Shown here one piece after another: positions 1 to 10,600 of a DNA stretch of 64,000 nt. Under the pieces are notes generated by a model. The model did no database searches. It was given only the letters and a program-made list of their open reading frames with translations, and was not told the DNA's origin. Every line of letters starts with the position of its first letter. Within the stretch, counting starts at the first letter, position 1. The stretch comes from an uncultured Candidatus Binatia bacterium (GTDB taxonomy: Bacteria; Desulfobacterota; Binatia; Bin18): positions 2,752,001 to 2,816,000 of the forward strand of contig OZ243961.1 of the NCBI GenBank assembly GCA_965214605.1, in the 5' to 3' direction. The translations under genes were made by a program, and so were the position numbers.

Positions 1-122
1 GCCTCAACATCACCCTCAAACCGCAGGGTTTGCAGGGGGAGGGCGGCCACAACCGTACTGGCTAGAGCTAGCCCGATGACGAGCCATCGAAAGCGGACGA
101 TCCATCGAAAAAATGACTCCAC
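1..122 (-). CDS. Membrane protein N-terminus, possibly MMPL/RND-family transporter (runs off window edge)
   Basis: Not in ORF track. GTG at 122 with AGGAGAG upstream; translates MESFFRWIVRFRWLVIGLALASTVVAALPLQTLRFEGDVE..., an amphipathic helix plus TM typical of MMPL N-termini. Confidence 0.5.
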   Translation of the reverse strand, partial: MESFFRWIVRFRWLVIGLALASTVVAALPLQTLRFEGDVE

Positions 123-131
123 GCTTCTCTC

Positions 132-230
132 CTATAGCAGGCTAGTCCGCGACCAAGCCGGCGGGATAGGGATGGGATTCTTCAGAACTGTCTCTGGTTT
201 AGCAGGCGCACGCCTCAGCTTCTCAAGCAT
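132..230 (-). CDS. 32-aa small ORF / possible leader peptide
   Basis: AGGAGG RBS before ATG 230; MLEKLRRAPAKPETVLKNPIPIPPAWSRTSLL*; stop overlaps RBS of the next gene. Confidence 0.35.
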   Translation of the reverse strand: MLEKLRRAPAKPETVLKNPIPIPPAWSRTSLL

Positions 231-252
231 AGTCTCCTCCTAGGAGCCTCCC

Positions 253-281
253 TTACTATGGAGAAGGGGGGTCTGCGTCAA
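253..281 (-). promoter_or_regulatory. Sigma70-like promoter
   Basis: TTGACG (281-276), 17 nt, TAGTAA (258-253). Confidence 0.45.
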
Positions 282-691
282 GGACGAAATCCGATTCTTG
301 TGAGAGGAACGAGGCAGAGATTCCAGGAGAGACCAAGAAGGCTCTTCTCTAGCAGAGACCATTCAGTCACAAGACCGACCTCTGTCATTGGGCTGCAACA
401 TCCTGACCTGGAGGATATTGTGTTCGACGGAGTGACACTTGGCTTACTGCAAAATGCGGAGCGGGCTTGAACGTGAGCGACGCTTTGAGGCTGTTGTGTT
501 CGAGGAGCAGACGCTGAAGATTGGGGCTGTCTCCAGAGAACAGCACCGCTGAGGCGGGCAAATACGCTGGGGGGTAGTGGAGTGTGCCTCTTGTTCCTCG
601 TGTTTCGGTTCTGGCTTCAGGAAATGTTCCTTGACTTCTCGGACAAGTTGTTGCAATGCCTTGGACATATTCTTCAAAGGGGGGTTGGGCT

Positions 692-1066
692 ATGGTTATG
701 AAGGACTATGCGGAGCAGACCTACGCGCTGCTGCGTATCATTACCGGGTTTCTGTTCTTTTTTCATGGCAGCCAAAAGCTGTTTGGCTTTCCGCTGGCGG
801 TTCCGGAGGCCCCGGCCTTCGTTATTTATGTGGCCGGCGGTATTGAGCTCGTTGGCGGGATTTTGGTCATGATTGGTTTCTACACGCGCTGGGCGGCCTT
901 TGTGTGTAGCGGTCTTATGGCGGCCGCCTACTGGATGGCGCATGGCATGAATGCCCTGTTGCCTATCGCCAATCAGGGCGAGCTTGCCGTTCTGTACTGC
1001 TTTGTGTTTTTGTATGTTTCGGCCCGGGGTGCTGGTGTGTGGAGTGTGGATGCGGCGAAAGCATGA
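692..1066 (+). CDS. DoxX family membrane protein
   Basis: LLRIITGFLFFFHGSQKLFG, ELVGG, TRWAAF and GELAVLYCFVFL motifs; start 692 or 698. Confidence 0.9.
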   Translation: MVMKDYAEQTYALLRIITGFLFFFHGSQKLFGFPLAVPEAPAFVIYVAGGIELVGGILVMIGFYTRWAAFVCSGLMAAAYWMAHGMNALLPIANQGELAVLYCFVFLYVSARGAGVWSVDAAKA

Positions 1067-1297
1067 CCGAAGGATTCCGCTTCCTGATAACAACGCCGGC
1101 CCAGACACTGATACAACCCACGGCGCTTTTTCCACCACCACCGGGAACAATCCGACTCTCTAAGACGAGTATAGCTGAGGCGTTTCTACGGAAATGAATG
1201 GGCAAAGACTGTCCAATTCAATGGTAAACCTGTCTGGAATCTGCGACCTGACGCGCGGAGAGAGAAAACTAGCCAACACTAAAGGTATGAGAGGTCG

Positions 1298-4200
1298 ATG
1301 ATGACGACACGACGGCCGCCCGATGACGAGAAACCTCCCTTATATACCTACAAATGTAAAGACGCAGAGTACGAACAGATCAAGGACAAGGTCCGTACAC
1401 AGATGTCTGCGGCGTTGAGTGGTAGACTCGGTCCGGAAGAGGAGCGCCGTTTTGCGGCCTGGTTCTGCGTTTACGGAGCGGAAACTTTTCGCCGCCGGCA
1501 TGAAGGCGGACCGTGGGCCTGGGAGACCATTTTTTCTGAGATTGGACACGCTCTCCCTGATAGTTATCAATCGATTTATAAGTGGGTAGAGACGGGTCTA
1601 GAACTCCTGAAGCGTCCCTTGTTGCAAAAGAGTGGTCGTCGTCGAGAGTTTCTGGTCACCCTCGCCTGTGAAGGCGGACTACCCCTGCTACTACTACGCA
1701 GAGAGAACACGCATCTGAGCCGTTACTTCCGCGAACTGTTGACTGCCGCTGCTCATCGAGTGCGCCACACCTCTCAAGCTGATGCGAGGAAAATGGCTCC
1801 TCACATTGCCGCACGCTATCTTCCTGCCTCTTTACGCCATGATGTTGTGTTTCAACTCAGCGGTGACTTGATCCAATCCATTATTGAACTTCAGGAGAAG
1901 GTCCATGAAGCGACTGACCCTATTGCGTCGCTGGATCGTCTGGAACCGCAGTGGCGGGACCGTCTGCCGTTATCAGTGGAAGATCATACGGTAGAAGCAT
2001 TGCTGAGAAATCTGATGGGGGAGGCCAAGAATCTTGCCCAGACAGAACGGCAACACTGGCGTTGGCGTTGTTTCCTTACTCGACGGGGGGAGAGTTGGAG
2101 TATTGAACGGCACCTGGAGTTGCCTAAGCGTGTGACCGGTGCCAGCCTGCAATCTTTGTTGGAGGACTGGGAGGATTCTCCTGCCCGCTTACGGGTACTG
2201 CTGCAAACGCCAAATGGCCCTAAGCCCATCGCGGTCCTCACGCGACATGAAGGGACAGGTGACCAAATGGTCTATCTGTGTGAAGGATTGCGCAGAGAAA
2301 TACGGTTGGAGGGGAGGGAGGCGGAAGCGGGAGCCCGTCTGTTCCTGAGTCAGGGAAGCAAAAAGATAGAGCTGCCGTCGGTGGGCGGACAGGAGCTTGG
2401 ACCTTTGCCGTGGGTGTTTATTGAGCGCGGTTCGGGCTGGGAGATGTGTAGCGAAGGATCAGTGCGGTGCCGCGAAGCGTCGGTGCGAATGTTGGCGCCG
2501 GATGGGGGGCACTGTGTAGCGGCTGACGTGCAATGGGAAGAACTGGGTCAGGCTCCTGACTTTGAGCGGACTCTGTATCAGATCGCAGGAACGGCCGAGT
2601 GGAAGCACTCGGGACTTGGTATCTGCAAGATACGTTGTGCTAGCCAGGAAGCGAGTGAAGAGCATTTTCTTTTGAGAGGTGATGAGCTGTCCGAGCTGTC
2701 AGCGGTTTTCAACCTTACCCAGCCCTTCCTAGGAATGCCGACCCTTTGGGTGACCGGGCAGGATGGGATACGCCGGATTAACAATGGTCTGCTTGAATGG
2801 CGTCCGGTGAACCCGCCTGAAAGCGACTGGCGTACAGACGCAGCGGCTTGCGCAGGCAAGGTATGGATACGGTATCGGGATACCGACGGCGCTCTACGCT
2901 TCCGTCGCCAAGTCGAGGTCGTACCGACTACTACCCGCGTTGAGGTGGCCCAAGTAGGCGCACCCACAGAGGAAGGCCTAATCCGTCTCTCTGGGCTGCC
3001 TGCAGTTCGGATTACTGTACCGGAGAGGGCGGGTTGTCAATTCCGTACGCGAGCGGTTGTTGATGGCGTGGAGATCGCCTGCCTGAGCCAAGAGAATCTC
3101 TCGCAATTTAGCGCTGACCTGCACTGGCCCGATGGTCGCGCACTGACGTTGACCTTGCCATTTCCTCGCTGGATGGCAGCCTTTGTTCGGGCCGGGCGGA
3201 TATTACCCCCAAAGCAATGCATGGTTCTAGACCGTTTAGCGGCTGTCCAGGCAGTGGTACAAACCCCTAATGTAGGAGAACGGTTCTATCTCAAAGGGAG
3301 GCTGAGGGCACGCGATTCGGTATACGACGGTCTGGAACTATGGGAATCTCTTCCTGCGACCAGTGAATGTATTGATTTTGATCTGCACCGTATTCAAGAC
3401 CGGCTTGGTTCAATGATGGCGGCGACTGATGACTTAGATGCTTTTGTTGCCTTAAGAATTGTCGACCAAGCGGGAACTCCCTTGGCCGAGCTGGAGATCG
3501 CGCGGTTCGATGTGGCGCTGAAGCCTGACCCTGCCCATAATCGCGTTATCCTTCCACTAGATGATCTAGAGCGGCTGAGTGATGATTGGGGGGAGCGCAT
3601 CACAGTCAGGATGCTGCCGCTGTGGGAGCCTTCTGCAATGCCAACCGAGTTAAACTATGACAACGCGGCTAAGGCGTGGATGATTCCTGATGAATCACAA
3701 CCGGGTCCCTGGTGGATACTCGGATACGATGCCGACTGGGCGCGTTTCCGGCCCCTCTTGTGGATCGTGGAAGGGGAAAAGACCGTTGCCGAATCCAGCG
3801 AGTTGGTACAGGCCGTGCGCGAACCGGATCCAGAGAGACGACAGGAAAAATTGCGGACGCTTGTCAACGACCTTGCCGCCGACGCAGAGCATGCCGACTG
3901 GACGCGTATATTCGACTACCTGCAGCTTACGCGGACGTATCCGGCTAGTAGCATTGATCTCTTTCGGCATTTGATAGGATGTCCTGAGGCTATGGTTATG
4001 GGGTTGCTTAAGAGTGGGGACGAAGAATTCAATCTGCTCTGGTCGCTCTCGGATCAGTTGCCGTTCTCCTGGTATTTGGTACCGGTCACTTGTTGGCATC
4101 TCGCTGCCAAACGTTATTTTGATACCCTGCGCGCCGGGCTGGGCGACTCAGATCCTGACGGCAGGCTGCTCGTGAGCGTGTTCGAAAAATTTCGGCAACG

Positions 4201-4660
4201 GGTTGCTGCCCGTCAGGGTTTTTTCAAGTCGGTGTGTGACTGGATCGGGGAGTGTCTATTCCCCGAGCAAAATTTTCCCAACAACGAACTGACGATAGCC
4301 CGCCGTCAGAAGGAATTACCCATCACATTCATACGGAAACACGAGCAAAAGCTGCAATCGAATCATGACTCTGAAGAAGAGTTTCCCTATGGTCCGAATG
4401 TTATGCAGTTGACTGAACAGCCGAATTTTCCCCCACAATTCTGCTATGACCACTTGGACCGTCGTTCTCGTCCGGTTCGCTGCGCCCCCTTTATAGCGGC
4501 CCAGATAAGCTTAGATGCTCAGGATTACTCTAAGAAGCTCTTGTTTGAACTACGCCAGTTACGCGATTTTGATCAAGAGTGGTTTGACCACGCCTTTGCT
4601 TGGGCGCTGTGTATTGGCCTTGCCGGGCGTCCCACTCTCGCAGAAGGAGTGCGTCCGTGA
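1298..4660 (+). CDS. druH: STY4851/ECs_5259-family protein; putative Druantia type III DruH
   Basis: 1120 aa; GPWAWETIF and FLVTLACEGGLP N-terminal motifs; GTGA overlap with the downstream DUF1998 helicase. Confidence 0.7.
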   Translation: MMTTRRPPDDEKPPLYTYKCKDAEYEQIKDKVRTQMSAALSGRLGPEEERRFAAWFCVYGAETFRRRHEGGPWAWETIFSEIGHALPDSYQSIYKWVETGLELLKRPLLQKSGRRREFLVTLACEGGLPLLLLRRENTHLSRYFRELLTAAAHRVRHTSQADARKMAPHIAARYLPASLRHDVVFQLSGDLIQSIIELQEKVHEATDPIASLDRLEPQWRDRLPLSVEDHTVEALLRNLMGEAKNLAQTERQHWRWRCFLTRRGESWSIERHLELPKRVTGASLQSLLEDWEDSPARLRVLLQTPNGPKPIAVLTRHEGTGDQMVYLCEGLRREIRLEGREAEAGARLFLSQGSKKIELPSVGGQELGPLPWVFIERGSGWEMCSEGSVRCREASVRMLAPDGGHCVAADVQWEELGQAPDFERTLYQIAGTAEWKHSGLGICKIRCASQEASEEHFLLRGDELSELSAVFNLTQPFLGMPTLWVTGQDGIRRINNGLLEWRPVNPPESDWRTDAAACAGKVWIRYRDTDGALRFRRQVEVVPTTTRVEVAQVGAPTEEGLIRLSGLPAVRITVPERAGCQFRTRAVVDGVEIACLSQENLSQFSADLHWPDGRALTLTLPFPRWMAAFVRAGRILPPKQCMVLDRLAAVQAVVQTPNVGERFYLKGRLRARDSVYDGLELWESLPATSECIDFDLHRIQDRLGSMMAATDDLDAFVALRIVDQAGTPLAELEIARFDVALKPDPAHNRVILPLDDLERLSDDWGERITVRMLPLWEPSAMPTELNYDNAAKAWMIPDESQPGPWWILGYDADWARFRPLLWIVEGEKTVAESSELVQAVREPDPERRQEKLRTLVNDLAADAEHADWTRIFDYLQLTRTYPASSIDLFRHLIGCPEAMVMGLLKSGDEEFNLLWSLSDQLPFSWYLVPVTCWHLAAKRYFDTLRAGLGDSDPDGRLLVSVFEKFRQRVAARQGFFKSVCDWIGECLFPEQNFPNNELTIARRQKELPITFIRKHEQKLQSNHDSEEEFPYGPNVMQLTEQPNFPPQFCYDHLDRRSRPVRCAPFIAAQISLDAQDYSKKLLFELRQLRDFDQEWFDHAFAWALCIGLAGRPTLAEGVRP

Positions 4661-7600
4661 GGATTTTCACTTCCCTGGCTGAGCAACTGAATCGAGGTGC
4701 AACGCGAGCCGCTCTGGGGCTCTTGAGTTTTCGTAGCGATGTGCTACGCGAACATCTACGGTGTTTATTCCAGAGTCCTCCTGGTACAGGTGACGCTTTC
4801 CTGGCCGATCCCGTCTTTGAAGCCACCTTTGGATGGCGTCCCGGCAAGACCAATCTTGGTGAGCTCTCCGGCAAGCTTCTCCATCCCGATATTGTCAAAG
4901 CACTGCGCGAACCGTACAAGAATTTCACTAAGGAATACACCTTTTCGGAACGCCCTTATCTGCACCAGTTAGAAGCCTGGCAGGCTCTCATCAAAGCAGA
5001 GCCACCACGTTCCGTGCTGGTAGCTAGTGACACCGGGTCTGGCAAGACGGAGTGCTTCCTGGTGCCTGTTTTACACGACTTGGCAAGCGAGTTGGATAGA
5101 CGCAAAAGTAGATTAACAGGCGTGCGTGCGCTATTTCTCTACCCCCTCAACGCCCTCATCAAAAGTCAACGTGACCGCCTGACAGCCTGGGCGGAACCCT
5201 TTGGCGGAGATATACGCTACTGTCTCTACAACGGTGATACACCGAATGAGGGAAAGCCCCAGTGGCGAAGTGAAGTTTGCGACAGGAAGACCCTACGGGC
5301 CAACCCGCCGCCAATCCTGGTCACGAATGCCACCATGCTGGAATATATGCTGGTACGCGCTGAAGATAAACCGATTCTGGAACAGTCTCAGGGTAAACTC
5401 CGCTGGATCGTTATTGATGAGGCGCATAACTACGTTGGCTCCCAGGCTGCAGAGCTAGCCCTTTTATTGCGCCGAGTACTTCATGCCTTTGACTGTCGTG
5501 CCGAAGAAGTGCATTTCGTTGCGACCTCGGCAACTATTGCTGGCTCAGGGAACAATGCCGAGGATTCGTTACGGGATTTCCTGGCCGATATTGCTGGGGT
5601 GCCTCCTAATCGGGTCTCAGTGGTGTGGGGAAAGCGCCATGTGCCCTCATTACCCGCAGTATCGCACGGCAGAAACCGCCGCTCCCCCGTAGATGTCTCC
5701 GCTCTTGGCGATCTCTCGCCCCAGGAACTCTTCAAGACATTAGCGAGAGACAGTCGGGTCCGCCACTGGCGCTCAGCCTTACTTAAGAAAGCCCATTCGC
5801 TCTCTCAGTTGGCTGAGATGGGCGGGGGCAATGATGACAAAACGGTTTGCCATACCAACACTACCTTGCGTCTTCTAGATTGGTGTACCCAGGCAGTAGA
5901 CCAAAAGGGCGAGCCGCTGTTGCCGCTCCGTTGCCACTTTTTCCAACGCGCCCTGAAAGGTCTCTGGGCCTGCGCGAATACCGACTGTCCCGGACGTCGT
6001 CAGACCCCTCTTGATGACCGAGACTGGCCTTTCGGCAAGGTTTTTCTGGAGCGTCGCCAGCTCTGTGATGCCTGCGAAAATCCAGTGTACGAGCTGGTAC
6101 AGTGCGGCGCATGTGGCGCCGAGTATCTTTCTGGTGAAGAGAAGGTAGTGGAGGAGGGAGACGAGCGTCTCGAACCGCGCCTGGCCCAGGATGAGGACGA
6201 ATTCCAGCAGGAATTGGAATCGTTGGTTGATGAAGATGATGCGGAAAGCGAAGAACCAGCGAAAGAAGAACCGCGTGATGGACTACTCCGCCTGCTAGTG
6301 AGGTCGGATATCGCCGAGTCCAATCCCGTTGGTTTACGGTCCAACGGCTTTCTCGACTGGGAGCAGCATGAAGGCATCCGGGTGCATCTGTTAGTGCCAG
6401 ACCCTGCTGATCGTTGCCTGCGTTGTCCCTGCTGCAATACTCGGGATAGATATGGCAATCTCTTCCGTCCGGTACGGTTGGGTGCCCCTTTCTTACTACA
6501 GACTGCTATCCCAATCTTGCTTCGGCACCTGCCGCCTTACGTGTCAAATACTACTGACCTGCCTTTTGGCGGACGACGTCTTATCAGCTTCACCGACAGC
6601 CGTCAGGGCACGGCACGCTTCGCAGTCAAGATGCGGCTTGAAACCGAGCGCGATTTCGTACGCGCCGTGCTTTATCACAGCGTGGCGGATCGAGCACGAT
6701 CGACTGATAGCCAAGATCTGGACAAATTGCGGCGGGACATAGCCGGGCTAGAGCAGGCCATCGACTCCTCGGATGGGCTGATCAAGGATGTGCTGACTAA
6801 GACGCGTGATGAAAAGCGTAACGAATTGCAGAGCTTATCTGCCCCTGCTCTCGGCCGTCTGAGCTGGCACGACGCGCAGGACAAATTGCTCAACAATCCC
6901 CGCTTTGAGCGTTGGCTATTGCCACCTCTACGCGAGCAGACGTTGGACTTGGTGGATCGTCGACTAGCCGAATTATGCTTATGGCGGGAGTTTTTTCGAC
7001 GGCCTAAACGACAGTTTTCCCTCGAAACGTTCGGATTACTGCAGCTTGGATATCCGGCAGTGGACAAGATCAATCGCGTCCCTCCCGTTGCGGCCCATCA
7101 CGGGGTGAAACTAGAGGAATGGCGATCGCTAGTCCGGGTGACACTTGATTTCTACATCCGAGGCGGCCAGTCAGTGACAATTCCCCGTGATATGTTGCGC
7201 TGGACCGGTTATCCGGGAAGCCCTACTCTGGTCATCGCGCCTAGACAGGAAAAAGTCACTAAAGACCAACGGTCCTGGCCGTCGGTACGCACTGCCGCCA
7301 CACGTCGCTCCCGTCTGGTACGGCTTCTGGCCTACGCTTTGAGATTGAATCCAGAACAGTCACAGGATCAGGGACAGATCCAGGAGTTCTTGGATGTTCT
7401 ATGGAAAGACGTGAAACCCTTATTAAACCGTACCGAGTCTGGCTATAATCTGGAACTCGGGCAACAGGCTGAGATCATGCAGGTGCGCGAAGCCTGGCTC
7501 TGTCCGGTGACACGCCGACTTTTGCCCGTCACGTTTCGTGGCGTTACGCCTTATCTCCCCGAAAAGCCGGATGATGATCTAGCACGTTGCCAGAAAGTCG

Positions 7601-10600
7601 ACATGCCCGTCGTGCCGCATCCCTTTTGGCTGGAGGCGGATCAAGAAGCAGCGGAGCAGTGGCTGGAGACAGACCCTGCTGTATGTCGTCTGCGCGACTT
7701 GGGGGTGTGGAGCAACATGAACGATCGTGTCGCCCGCTTTAGTCCCTATTTCCGTAGCGTCGAGCATTCGGCCCAGATTCAAGGCGTTACATTGAGCCAG
7801 CGCGAGAACGATTTTAAGGCTGGAAAGCTTAACCTGTTGATCTGTTCGACCACTATGGAGATGGGCGTCGACATTGGCGGTCTCACGGCAGTGGCCATGA
7901 ACAACGTCCCGCCTCACCCGGCTAATTTCCTTCAAAGGGCAGGACGCGCTGGGCGACGCCGTGAAAGGGCCGCCGTGAGCTTTACGCTCTGTAAAAGTAC
8001 TCCACACGGGGAAGAAGTGTTTCGGAATCCCTTGTGGCCCTTCACGACGGCTCTGTCGTCTCCCCGGGTTTCGTTGCAAAGTGCGCCAATCGTCCAGCGT
8101 CACATCAACGCCTTGAGCCTTGCGGCTTTTCTTGCGCAAGTGGGATCGGATAGTCTCCTGCGGCTCACAACGAGTTGGTTTTTTGAGAGTACGACTGACG
8201 ACAGCAGCGCTCCCGCAAAGCGCTTTCGTGATTGGTGTCAGACCGCCGCCAGGAATGATACCTTGCAGAATGGCATCCGCCAATTAGTGAGACACACCTG
8301 CCTTGACGGTCGCTCGGCTGAGGATTTGCTGGATAATACTGCTGGGATGCTCGGGCAGGTTGCTGATGCCTGGCATGCTGAAATCAACGCTCTGCTTGAG
8401 AGTCGTGAGATTGTCAAAACGCGAACGGAGAATAGTAAACCTGAGCGTGCCGTCAATTTACAACTGGAACGAATTCGTCGAGAATACCTCCTGAGCGAGT
8501 TAACGACGCGAAACTTTCTCCCCGGCCATGGTTTCCCGACTAACTTGGTCTCGCTCGTCACGACCACAATGGAAGAGCTGAAGCGTCGGCGACAGCAGCG
8601 CGAGGACAATCGTGCGGTACGCAACGGCTACCCTGCCCGCCAATTATCGCTTGCCATCCGTGACTATGCCCCCGGCACCGACACGGTGCTTGATGGTCGG
8701 GTGTACCGCAGCGACGGGGTGACGCTTAACTGGCATGTGCCTGTGGACCAGGAAGGACCGCGGGAAATACAATCCTTGCGCTGGGTGTGGCGTTGTCGGT
8801 CCTGTGGTGCCAGCGGGACTCGTCCGACCATGCCTCAGAGCTGTTTCCATTGTGGTGATAAGCCTTGCCTGACCCGCTTCGAGTATCTGCAGCCAGCAGG
8901 TTTTGCTGTTGACGTCCGCTCGCAGCCGCACAATGACATCACCATCCCCCAATACATTCCAGTCCGTGACCCCCTGATTTTTTTGGAAGGCACGGCTTGG
9001 CTCTCTCTGCCGTCATCAAGGCTGGGACGGTATCGCGTTAGTACTCATGGTTCCCTATTCCATCGTACTGACGGACTACATGGTAAGGGGTTCGCGGTCT
9101 GCCTACGCTGCGGTCGGGCTGACTCGATGGTTACAAACGAACGCCTGCCAGGTGTGTTTGCTGACGAACGCGGGAATCCTATTCCTCACAAGCGGTTACG
9201 CGGTGGGAAAAAGAACGATAAGGAAAAAGCCTGTCCCGGTAGTAATGAGCCGTGGGCCATAAAGCAAAACCTTCGCTTGGGGCTGGTGACGCATACCGAG
9301 GTCTTGGAAATACAACTGCGTGATCCGACTAACGACTGTCCCGTTGACGACATCACGGCGTATTCGCTATCCGTAGCCCTACGCCGAGCGCTCACCCAGT
9401 GGCTTGGAATTGAGGAACAGGAAGTTGGTTGTACAGTCGCACTAAGGCGAGGCAGAGAAGAAGAACGGGTGTACTCCAGCTATCTGTTTGATACTGCCAG
9501 TGGCGGAGCTGGCTACGTCTCTCAAGCGATTAATTGGTTCCCAGAGCTATTCCGTCGGGCCCAGGATATCTTGACATGTCCTCAGCGGCAATGCGACCTA
9601 GTGTGTCATGCTTGTCTGCTGACATACGACACCCAGCACCAGTTGGATAAACTCGACAGACATAAGCCGCTTGCGTTGCTGAGCGACACGTTCCTCAACG
9701 CATTAACCCTCCCTTCCGCCCTTCAGGTGTTTGGACCCAAGACTCGCTTAGAGATGGAGCCATTAGGACAGGCGCTTAGCCGTGAATTGCAGCGCCATGC
9801 TGTAAAAGAGATTCGTATCTTTCTGGGCGGCGAAGCGAAGGACTGGACACCATTGGATTGGCGATTGCATGATGAGCTCCTCCGTCTCAGAGACATACCC
9901 CTTAGCGTTCGCTTGATCGTACCTCGGACCACTCTGAACCGATTGGAATCCTCTCAACGTAATGACCTCGCTGCACTAGCCAGCGCGATAAGGGCTAAGG
10001 TTTATCTCCCTGAAACCACGCCATATACCGATAAGCCCACATTAGTAATGGAAATTGATGGCGAGAAGAGATCCACCTGTTGGGCCGCCAGCACTGTGGA
10101 TGCTTTGGCGCCAAGCGCATATTGGGGGAGTGGAGAGGATGGGGCGCAGTTCGTCCGCATTGAATACGACCGCCCCTTGTCGCGCAGCATTTCAAACCGC
10201 TGGCACCAGGAGGATGTCAACGAGTTACGTTCCACGCCGGGCGCTCTACACGAGATTTCTATCGGAAAGGAGCTAGATGGTTCTTCTCACCAATTTGGGC
10301 CTCGGGCATGGCAATTGGTCTTTGATAAAGTTCCCGAACTCCAAGAGCGGTTCGATGGAAGTCAACCGCTCGCTGAACTACACTACAGCGACCGTTATCT
10401 ACGCTCTCCACTTGCCGTGCTACTGCTGAGGGGAATAGTGAGCACGCTCGGTCGCTATCCGGGTGGAATTGTCGTTAATACCCGTCTATCGGTCGCCACT
10501 AGTCAATTGCGGCGAAATGATATCGCAGATCCCTTGTTGTTCTGGCATGACTGGCGAGATGCTAGTGACAGACGGACCGTCTTTGAAAATGTTTTTGAAG

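Noticed and set aside
78-111. Imperfect tandem repeat GACGA(G/T)CCATCGAAA
   Set aside because: Only two copies; explained by the coding sequence FRWIV-RFRWLV
444-677. 77-aa minus-strand ORF
   Set aside because: No recognisable motif or clear RBS; cannot support
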